Shown: piece by piece, positions 49,501 to 58,550 of the stretch
Layout: each line of letters starts with the position of its first letter
Position numbering within the stretch: the stretch's first letter is position 1
Origin: Rhizaria sp. SCN 62-66
Lineage: Eukaryota
Direction of reading: 5' to 3'
Assembly: GCA_001724265.1 (NCBI GenBank)
Contig: MEDY01000107.1
Coordinates: 1 to 64,000 of the forward strand
Length of the DNA: 64,000 nt
The notes under the pieces: model-generated
What the model was told of the DNA's origin: nothing
The model's database searches: none
Seen by the model: the letters and a program-made list of their open reading frames with translations, nothing else
Program-made: the position numbers and the translations under genes

Positions 49501-52500
49501 TTAGCCCAGCACGGCCGCGAGCTCCTTGATGAGCAGCTCGGACATGGGCTTCGCACTGGTCTTAACGTCGACCACAACGGTGCGGCCCGCGTCGGGCGAC
49601 TTAAGGTACACGCACACATGCGGCGCGGCGGGGTCAAGCGCGTAGCGGCCGTAGTAGGCCGCGGTGAAGTTGACGGCCTCGACGAGCTGCACGCGCAGAC
49701 ACGCCTCGACAGCGCGCACGGCGTCGCCGGCGTTCATGCGCGCGAGCGTGACCGAGAGCGTGGCCAGCTCGGTGCAGCGCGCGTCGGGCGCCGACAGCAC
49801 GCCCGCGAACTCGGCCATGGTGAGCTTGTACGGCACCACGAACGCCGCCAGCGGCACCGCCAGCGTCGTCTGCTCCTCGACGCGCGCGCCCGCGGCCGCG
49901 GCGACGCGCAGGGAGACGGGGAAGCGCAGCGTCTTGGGCGACACGGCCGGCACGGTCCACGTCGCGGCCAACGGCAGCGTCGCGTGGGTGTTGGCCGCGA
50001 GCGCGCGGACTTGGCACAGCGCGGCGCGGTCCGCCGTCGCGCTCGCCTGCGCTTGGGGCGGGAACGGGGCGCCCGGGAAGGGCGTCACGGCGGCGACCTT
50101 GTTGGGCTGCACGGTCACTTCCGCCGCGGCCAGCGGCTCATGCGCGACGAGAGTCAGCGCGAGCGCACACGCCGCGGTGCCGGGCGCCGCGTTGGGGAGA
50201 GTCTTGGCCAGCGCGTAGAGCGAGAAGGCCGCGTGCGAGTGCACGAGCACGTGCGCGGGCGACGGTGCGAACGACGGCGCAGCAGCAGCAGCAGCAGCAG
50301 CAGTCGCCGGGGAAACAGCAGGAGCAGCGGCAGCGTTATCGTTGTCGCTGTCGTCGGCGCCGTCGTCGACAGCAGCGGCGGCCTTCTTGTCGCGTTTCTC
50401 CTTTTTCTCCTTTTTCTCCTTCTTCTCTTTCTTCTCCTTCTTGTCCTTCTGGCGCGCCGCAGCGCTGAGGTCGACCTCGAACTCGTCGTCATCGTCGTCG
50501 TCCTCAGCGTCCGAGTCGCGGAGCACGCGCGCCTTGCGCCCGCCGCTCTTCTTCTTGCCCAAATCTGCGAAATCCAGGTCGATCGCGTCGTCAGCCGCCG
50601 CCGCCGCGCCTGCACTGCCACCGCGGGCGGGCGCGGGCGCGGCGGCGCCGGCCTTGGCCCCTGCGGCGCCGCCCAGGTAGAAGGGCGTGGCCGTGCGCGC
50701 CGCGCGCTCGCGCCGCGACTGCTCGAGGTCTTGCGCGCTGGGCTGGTACCCCATGCCGCCGCCCATGCCGCCGGTCGACGTCGCGCTCTGCACCGCGCCG
50801 CCGCTGCCGCCGTTGGTCCCGCCGCCGCCGCCGCGCTGCTGCTGGGCCGCCGACGCGAGCGCGCCGCGGCCGCCACTGCCACTTGAGGAGGACGAAGAAG
50901 TCGCGGTGGCGGACGAGCGCGCCGAGGACATCGACGACAGCGGCACCGCGGGGCCAAGCGGGAACAGCGGGTGGTTACTCTCGTTGAACCCGACAAAACC
51001 GTCGGCGGCGACCGCGGCGGCGTCGCTCGCGGCGGGCGCAGCGTCCCAGTTGGGGTTCAGCGGCTCGTCCAGGTCGAGCCCGGGAGGCAGCGCGACCTTG
51101 CGCTGCGCGCGCGCGCCCACGGCCACGGGCTGCAACGGCTCAGCGAAGAGGAAATGTAGCGCGTTGGAAAGCGCGAGCAGTTGCGCCTGGACGGCCGGCG
51201 TGCAACCGACCTCGGACAGCGCTGCCACGCTCGCCGTCGCGCCGGCCGACTCGCCGGCGGCGCCGAAGAGGTCCACGGGCGTCGTGCCAGCGCCGGCGCC
51301 AGAGGTGCCGGAGAGGGGTGCGGGGCCGGGCGCGGTGGGGGACGCAAGCTGGGACAGCGGGGACAGCAGACCGGCCGCGGCGGCGGCTGCGGCGGCGGCA
51401 GCGGCGGGGGCGGCGACCTCGTCGAAGTTGCGCAGCAGCGCGGGGTCCACCCGGACGGCGTCGGCGGCCTTGGCGGCAACGAGCCAGCGCAGGTAGCGGA
51501 GGTACGCGGCGGCGCGCTCCTGCACCTCGATGTGCGGCGACGCGGCGAGGCGCGGGAGATGAGTGAGGACAATGGTCAGCATCTCGGTCACGAACGCGAT
51601 GTGTTCGGCGAAGGTGCGGCCGACGTGCTCGTTGTGGCCCACCGCAGTCACGGTCATGTGCGAGCCGCGCAGCGCGCCCGTCGCGCCCTCCTCCTGTGCG
51701 CTCGGGGACGCGGTGGCGGAGTCAGCGGCGGGGGCGGCGGCGGCCGAGGGGCTGGTGGCGGCGGCGGCGGCGTCGACGGCGGCCAGGGGGTCGAACTCGA
51801 CCTCGGGCGCGGCGGCGGCGGCCGTCTCCTGCTCCTGCTTGAGCGCCGAGGCGCGCGACGCGGCGGCGGCGGCCTCAGCGTGCTGCGAGCTCTCCCACTG
51901 CTTGGCGGCAGTCGTGTCGGTGAAGAAGGGCAGCTGGAGCCCGGCCCAGAGGACCTTGGGCACGGCCTGCACGAATGCGGCCTGCACCGCGGGCGACAGC
52001 GACGGGATCCCAGGGTCCGCCAGCAGCGCCTTGAGCAGCGCGACGTGGCCGTAGCTCAGCGCAGAGTACTCGCCGATCGCGAAGGCCGCCGCGGCGAGCA
52101 CCTCGGACATCGGCGATAGCGAGGCCTGGGAGTCGAGCACGGCGCTCAGAGCCTCGGCCTCGGCCACGCCGGGAGCCTTGGTCGTGGGCATCGCTGCGGA
52201 GAGCAGCTTCGAGGCCCCCACGGCCGAGGCAGCGGTCGCGGCGGCGGCGGAGGCCGCGGTGGCCGCCGCGAAGGCCGCCGAGGAACCCAACGCGAGTACA
52301 GAGGAGGTCGAGGCAGAGGCATCTTGCATGAGGCGGCCGCCGATGAGCAGCGAAGACATCTGCGCGACGCCAAAGGGACGCAGCTCGGGCACGCGGACGA
52401 GAAGCTCGACGATCTGCTGCTGGATGCGGATGGCGTTGGCGCGGGAGACGTCCGGCACGCGTGTGAGGTCGAGCAGAGCAAGCAAGTACCACTCGAAGTC

Positions 52501-53763
52501 GGCGACGTAGGCAAACGAGTCCTGCGCGCAGATGTCGATAATACGGCCCAGCACAACGTCGCGGTACGCGCCGTCAGATGGCATCAGGTGCGTGACGAGG
52601 CGGCGCACAACGCCGGGTAAGTTGCGCGCGGAAACCATGTTTGACACGAGGTCGAGAGCGCGCATGCGGATGGTGACGTCTTCGTCGTCGAGGCAGTTGA
52701 GGATCAGGTCCTTGTGCTCGACAACGACGCGCGGGAACGACTGGATGAGCTTGTGGAGTCCGAGCAGACCGAGATACTTAAGGTTCTGATCGTGGTCCTC
52801 GATGAACCCGCGGAGCTTGTCCAAGCAGAGGCGCACAGTCGCCTTGGCGGTGATCTGACCGGAGAGCAGCGTGTTGACACACTCGTACATGAGCGACTTA
52901 GCGGGCGTCGTGGTGATAATCTCCGTCAGCGGCTCCTGCAGCTTCTTCGCCAGCCGCGGCTCCAGCGGCACCAGCGAGCCCAGCAGCTTGACCACCTTGA
53001 TCAGCACCCAGTTGTTGGACGACGTGGTGAGAATCTGGAAAAACTGCGGCGCCAGCGACAGGTAGTCCTTGGGCGAGCGCGCGGCAAGCTCGCACAGCAC
53101 ATACACGGCGGCCGTGACAACTGTGGGGTGCTGGTCGTTAAGACGCTCGGTCAGCAGGTCGAAACTGAGCTTGAGACCCTTGGGGTAGCGGATGAAGAGG
53201 CGGTACAGGGTGAGGATCGCCTTTTTGCGGATGTACGGGTGCGGGTGGTTGAGCAGCGTGTGCACGTCCTGCAGCAGGTCCTGCGCGAGCCCCTTGGTGG
53301 CGATGCTGGCCAGGCAGGACAGCGCGGCGCCGACTTCATAGTGCGCGCCCTCGACCATGGCCGCGTTGGCTGCCGCGCTGCCGCCCGCAGAGCCTGTGAC
53401 CGTGAAGGCCTTCTTGAAGAGGTTCGTCGCAAGCAGCGCCAGGTCCGTAGACTGCGTGAAGGAGGATGCCGCGGCGAGGTAGCCGACGAGCTTGTGGCCG
53501 TACCAGGGGAGGGACATGATCTCGATGACGTGGAACGCGGCCCACGTCATGTCGTAGCCCAGCAGACGCAGGTACAGCAGCTTGCGCATGGCTTCAACCT
53601 TGTCGTCGCCGTCGTTGGACTTAAACTCGGACTTGATCTCGGCGAGACACTTGGTGATGTACTCGGCCTGGGCCTTGCCCTTGTGCGCGCGCGTGCCCCG
53701 CACCATGGTCGACATCGACTTGCTGAAGAGGGCATCCATCCCGGCCCCGATCGTGGAGGACAT
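49501..53763 (-). CDS. AP3D1: AP-3 adaptor complex subunit delta, 1,420 aa
   Basis: LFSKSMSTMVRGTRAH, YLRLLGYDMTWAAFHVIEIMS, LATNLFKK, SSNNWVLIKVVKL, DQNLKYLGLL, DVTIRMRALDL and IEVQERA, plus a KEK-rich hinge and a C-terminal ear. Start placed at ATG 53763; stop is TAA. Confidence 0.96.
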   Translation of the reverse strand: MSSTIGAGMDALFSKSMSTMVRGTRAHKGKAQAEYITKCLAEIKSEFKSNDGDDKVEAMRKLLYLRLLGYDMTWAAFHVIEIMSLPWYGHKLVGYLAAASSFTQSTDLALLATNLFKKAFTVTGSAGGSAAANAAMVEGAHYEVGAALSCLASIATKGLAQDLLQDVHTLLNHPHPYIRKKAILTLYRLFIRYPKGLKLSFDLLTERLNDQHPTVVTAAVYVLCELAARSPKDYLSLAPQFFQILTTSSNNWVLIKVVKLLGSLVPLEPRLAKKLQEPLTEIITTTPAKSLMYECVNTLLSGQITAKATVRLCLDKLRGFIEDHDQNLKYLGLLGLHKLIQSFPRVVVEHKDLILNCLDDEDVTIRMRALDLVSNMVSARNLPGVVRRLVTHLMPSDGAYRDVVLGRIIDICAQDSFAYVADFEWYLLALLDLTRVPDVSRANAIRIQQQIVELLVRVPELRPFGVAQMSSLLIGGRLMQDASASTSSVLALGSSAAFAAATAASAAAATAASAVGASKLLSAAMPTTKAPGVAEAEALSAVLDSQASLSPMSEVLAAAAFAIGEYSALSYGHVALLKALLADPGIPSLSPAVQAAFVQAVPKVLWAGLQLPFFTDTTAAKQWESSQHAEAAAAASRASALKQEQETAAAAAPEVEFDPLAAVDAAAAATSPSAAAAPAADSATASPSAQEEGATGALRGSHMTVTAVGHNEHVGRTFAEHIAFVTEMLTIVLTHLPRLAASPHIEVQERAAAYLRYLRWLVAAKAADAVRVDPALLRNFDEVAAPAAAAAAAAAAAGLLSPLSQLASPTAPGPAPLSGTSGAGAGTTPVDLFGAAGESAGATASVAALSEVGCTPAVQAQLLALSNALHFLFAEPLQPVAVGARAQRKVALPPGLDLDEPLNPNWDAAPAASDAAAVAADGFVGFNESNHPLFPLGPAVPLSSMSSARSSATATSSSSSSGSGGRGALASAAQQQRGGGGGTNGGSGGAVQSATSTGGMGGGMGYQPSAQDLEQSRRERAARTATPFYLGGAAGAKAGAAAPAPARGGSAGAAAAADDAIDLDFADLGKKKSGGRKARVLRDSDAEDDDDDDEFEVDLSAAARQKDKKEKKEKKEKKEKKEKRDKKAAAAVDDGADDSDNDNAAAAPAVSPATAAAAAAAAPSFAPSPAHVLVHSHAAFSLYALAKTLPNAAPGTAACALALTLVAHEPLAAAEVTVQPNKVAAVTPFPGAPFPPQAQASATADRAALCQVRALAANTHATLPLAATWTVPAVSPKTLRFPVSLRVAAAAGARVEEQTTLAVPLAAFVVPYKLTMAEFAGVLSAPDARCTELATLSVTLARMNAGDAVRAVEACLRVQLVEAVNFTAAYYGRYALDPAAPHVCVYLKSPDAGRTVVVDVKTSAKPMSELLIKELAAVLG

Positions 53764-54272
53764 CGGATCGAGATGGCTGATAAGGAGACAAAAAGGGGCG
53801 AATACATACAGAGTTCTAGTGAGAGGTGACGGACAGATACTCACAGCGTGTGTAATTGCTGAGGGAATGCAGGGGAAGCGGAGTTCCAACACAACCACGT
53901 CGCCCTCCACGAGAGCAGGCCTCAGAAGGCAGTTGTCCCTGCCCACTGTGCAATCTCTGCAGAGCTGCGGAATTAAAAGCAACGCAGTACAACAATGGAC
54001 ATACAGTATAGAACAACACCAGTTCTATTGTCCGGACACTGATAACGAATTGTTCAAGATAAACTTTGCTCGAGAACTAAATCAATTTGGCTTTTTTAGG
54101 AACCGTGCTGACCGATCTGCTTCGCCAGACTTGTGGTCAAACTGGACCTAAACTGTAGCCTGCTCATATGCAACGCAGTGATCGACAAACTGTATATAAC
54201 CATTTTATTTCAATAGAAATCACTTACACTGCAGTGTTCCTGTAATTATATATTTCCAGACCCCTTGTACAG

Positions 54273-54646
54273 ATGCAGATGCGGCGGGGCGTTCTGCTCC
54301 AAGCAAAGTACGTCAACTTCCCATGCTTCACACTTGTCGTCGTGCCTTGCCCAATCAAGCTCTCACTCATCAGTCGAACCACTTGTTTCACATTGACTCA
54401 CCCCCGTACTACAGAGACCCGCAGCTGATGGTGTACATGATGCACTTGCTGTCGAAGGACAGCGATTTGTTTGGCACCCGCAACTTTTCCCAGATTGACA
54501 GCCAGACTATGTTCGTGCCCCAGAAGACCACTGACCTGGTCGCTAAGATCATGCCTAAAATCAACGAGTGGATTGTCGGCAACTCCTATCTCGGCGACGA
54601 CGAAGAGGCGGAGTCCGAGGACGGTGAGGACGACAGTGCAGAATAA
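54273..54646 (+). CDS. GTF2H5: TFIIH subunit p8 / Tfb5, 88 aa; exons 54273-54307 and 54415-54646
   Basis: The spliced product is MQMRRGVLLQAK|DPQLMVYMMHLLSKD...IDSQTMFV...KINEWIVGNSY. This parallels the Tfb5 pattern (KGVLIECDP, IDDTHVFV, closing NxY/F) and its size. Stop is TAA. Confidence 0.8.
54308..54414 (+). other. Spliceosomal intron, 107 nt, phase 2
   Basis: GTACGT...TTGAC/CTCAC branch-like sites...TACTACAG. Splicing restores the Tfb5 N-terminus. Confidence 0.85.
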
Positions 54647-55332
54647 ACGGTACACTGAACAACCCTTGCGGACGTCAGGCTTTCAGCCGGTGCTGCGCAT
54701 TCGTATGGCAACCGTAGCACACTCAGCGGATTGCACCCATCTCCGCAGTGTTTTGGTACTGCATATGGAGCGGCGCACTGCGCAACTGTTTTATTTAGCC
54801 TCCAGAATCTCGGAGAAAGTGAGCGGAACCCCAAAGCGCTCTTCAGCATTCAGATTCGACTTATACATAGTTTCTCGAACTTTCATTGTTTTCTTATTTG
54901 AACAGACAAAGTTATGCCAACATCTCCCCATTGTTACATAATACATCACGAGTTTGCTTCGTTCTATGCTTGTTGTTGATTCATACGTCGTCGCATTCGT
55001 TCAAATTTGATCAAACGACTTGTGGTGACACGCAATAGATCCGAAACTCAAATTTTCAGGGATAGGCAACACATACACTATCCATAAGAGTGTATGATCG
55101 ACACTTTTTAGAGGTGAAGATGTGTTGATCTACTTGTTTTCGCTATATGTTCTTTATTGCAGTCTGCTTGTATCTCGGTAAATGAGTGTGTGGGCACAGT
55201 TCACAAGACTCACATTCTTCATGCATCTTCCTTAATCGCAGCCCATAGAGAGCACACCAGAGCCCAAGATACCGGCCGCAACTAAACATACTGCGTCTAT
55301 ACTAGACCTAATCTGTGCGGTTGTGAGGCACA

Positions 55333-57867
55333 ATGGAGAGCTGCGAGCAGCAGGACGGCAAAGAGCTCCAGCGCCTTCGCGCCGCAGCCAGCTCGATCTC
55401 AGCTCTGGCGCCAACAGATGATCCTATCTCCACGTTAAGGGAGCTTAACAGCGCATTTACACTTCACCCGCGCGCAGATGTGCTCCTCGAGAGCGGGGTT
55501 GTTAGGCTCCTTCTGCAGACGCTTGTGCTCACAGGAAACTCTGACGCACCTTGGATTGCTGGAGATCGTCTCCTGTATATCTGCCTGCTGTTTAGCAGGC
55601 TTCTTGAGTCCGAAGGTGGCGCTAACCTGCTCACTGAATGCAACGCCGTCGACCACATTGCCGCTTTTTTGCCTTGTATCTACGAGTTGGTCCCAGTTGA
55701 GTCAATGTCTGTTTTTCTCAGGGTTCTGGAGACTGCGTCTTGCACGTCGGTCCTCGCCACCGCCGCCAGACGCGCCGCGTTGACGAACTTGCTGTCATTC
55801 ATGCGCGTGCTCGATTAGAAGGAACGCCCGCTGGAGACTGCGACGCTTGACGACGTCCGATTCCACACCAGGCTCAGCAACGTGGTCGTCGCGCTGTATT
55901 CTGGAGCCACTGTAAACGGCGTTACGATGCCCTGGCTTCCGTACGCCTCTGTGTCGCCCTTCATCCCACCGCTGTGCGGCATCATTCAGCGCTACACCGG
56001 AGCTGACAGCTTCAAGCAGCAAGTACGAGCAGCTGTTTATCTTCACTTGGGCACACTGTTCGAGTGTGGCAGCGGCGCCAACGCCGACGTTAATGAGAGC
56101 TCTCAGGCCAGCGCTCGCGCTGCCGTTGACATCGTGCAATGTCGCCGTGACATTGCGGACTTCGCCGCCAGCGATGCGTTTGACCCGTTGCTGGAGATTG
56201 ACAACATGGGGATCTTGCGGCGACTACTGAGTTTTGTGACCTTATTTGACGATCTTGCGTTTACGCTCGCGTTCACACACAGACGCCTTGAACACATTCT
56301 ATCTTTTATTGACAAGAGTGAGGATAATTACATTGATCATATTAGCTTGTTGATGGCGCTGCTAGCGGTGTTGGTACCTCAATTTCCGAAGTTCTCGGAG
56401 AAGCTTGCCTGTGCAAGCGGTTTTGCGCGTATTGTGCTCCACATCGGTGAAACAATTAGCGGGCGAGATATGTTGAAGTATCAAACGCTGCCCCACGACA
56501 TGGTGCGAGTGTTTGACGGCATCCTAAGCTCTGCCCCTGCCGTGGCGCGCACGGTGCAACAGCTGCTTGTCAGCGGAGTGATGAAGGTGTGCTGCACGTT
56601 TCTGCGCTTTTCTCTGGCATTGAATCTTTCATCTGAAGAGCAGACACCCGAAGATGTTCAGCAACGCGTCGAGTTTTTCACACGACTTCTCCTTGTTGTG
56701 CGCGTAATGGTCAACTCTTCAGACACATTGCCCGATTATTCAAAGCAAAGCGGTAACGGCGATGCGTCGCGGAATCCTTGTTTGGCCCAGTTTGTTGCCT
56801 GCCACGGACTCCGTGCGTTTTAGCTGCTGTACTATGACGACTCCGCACAAGAAGCGACCCACAATGGCTGCTTGCTGCATGAAATCGCGCAGCTACGCAC
56901 ACTGCTTGAGAGCATGGCGGTGATTGCTCCGGTGAGACCCGCAGCACAACAAGCGCGTGACAAGACTCTCACAGAGCTGCGTGCGTTTGTCGGGCCGCAC
57001 AATGACTGGCAAAAGCCCTTCGACGCGTATATTGCGCGCACTATGATTCAGAGCGGTTTCCCGCTCCGGAACCCAGCCGACCAAGAAATTTACTCTGATT
57101 AGCCGGGCTGTGGCTCTTTGCTGCGGGGCAGCAAAGAGCCATCGCCGGAAGCGTTGGGTGTGTTGCAGGCCAGGGCACGTGAGCGCATCCTGATGTCAAG
57201 CCGAGATCTCGTCCCTCCTGAGCATCGGACGTCTGACGTGATCATGGGAACTGGGATGTCCTCGGAGCAGGGCGATGAGTTTGTCCTGCGAATTCGGCTC
57301 AATGACGAGATATTTCCATGTAATGCCGCGCTTTTCCGTTCTAAGGCAGCAGATATGGCTCTTTGTCCGTTTGTACACACATGTTTTGTGCCCCGCAATT
57401 TTAAAGCCACATCGCTGCCAGTTGTCACGCTGTTTAACAGTATGACTGAGGTTTCCTGTGCCGCTGCGCCTCTTTTGCTTCCGGAGATTGACGTAGTCTA
57501 TGACGAGCTTCCAGCAGGGGGTACTGATGCCGATGGCGCCGCAACTGTATATCCTGTCGGCACGGTGCTTATGTACCCCGAGACCGTGGATCCCGCCTGG
57601 GCAAGGTTTTACGCTGGCTTGTTCAGTACACCGTGGTTTATTGTCTTCAAGCTGTGTCCGGCGAGCCTGCTGCGCGGCGCGGTGCCCGTCGGCCGCGGAA
57701 TGACGTGCTTGGAAGGCGCACAACCTGCTGAGGACGATCCCGGTGCTGAACCATTTGATGAAACAATGATTGAGTACTTTGAGGCGCGTTGCCAGGCGGC
57801 CTGTGACTCCGACAGTTTTACTGAGATTAGGCCGATGCTTATATTCAAAAAGTTTATGCCCAAATAA
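55333..57867 (+). CDS. Uncharacterised protein, 844 aa, Leu-rich alpha-helical (ARM/HEAT-like) N-terminal region, with three in-frame TAG codons (55816, 56821, 57100)
   Basis: Four track ORFs (55333-55818, 55882-56823, 56872-57102, 57118-57867) lie in one frame. They are separated only by single TAG codons with open linkers. Ends in TAA. Confidence 0.75.
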
Positions 57868-58550
57868 GCCGTTCTTAACTTCTACTAAGCCATTCGATGT
57901 GATGATTTTTGGCCACTTTTCCATGTATGACATGCAGTATTGGCGACAATACGGCGGAAATACGTATTGTATCATTGTTTTACAACGCCACTAAATTTAC
58001 AGCTGTAATCAGCTTTGGTTGATTGGACATTGATAACATTGCTTCGCGTCGAGGACCCGAATTTTTACAACGTAGCCATGCACTTGAAGTGCGCTTGAAG
58101 TGCATAATTGATGAGATGCGCACTAATACAACACGAAACAACACAATTTTACAGTAGGATTATTATTTCAAGTTATATTTCAGATTTTATGAAGCTTTGT
58201 CACTCACCATAACCGATTGTCACATTGCATCGCGTGACCGTGTCAATCTGGTGACTTGGCCGCAGGTGACCTGGTGACGTTCGGGGCAATCGACCTGTGG
58301 CGACTTCCATATCCCCTCAGTTCATGCAGGCATACGACCGTCAAGCACACTTCCACTAGATTGCCGCAAATTTATGACTTATACTATGCATATTCCTATT
58401 CTTTGCACATTCTTTAGGTTCTATAAGCCATCTCTATTTCATCAGTTTTGATTGACATCATTACCGACTGACGTCGACGAACCTCAACCAAACAGAACGC
58501 GTACAGCTCGCGAGAACAGTATCGTAGCGTCTTCAGTCCGACATTTCCAT

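Noticed and set aside
55333-57867. TAG-interrupted genes as pseudogenes
   Set aside because: Only TAG interrupts them, with no indels or TAA/TGA across about 22 kb of the four genes, and TAG is never used as a terminator in the window.
19095-58550. tRNA(CUA) or other tRNA in intergenic gaps
   Set aside because: No cloverleaf or T-loop GTTCRA in a suitable context was seen by eye; tRNAscan-SE is needed to exclude it.
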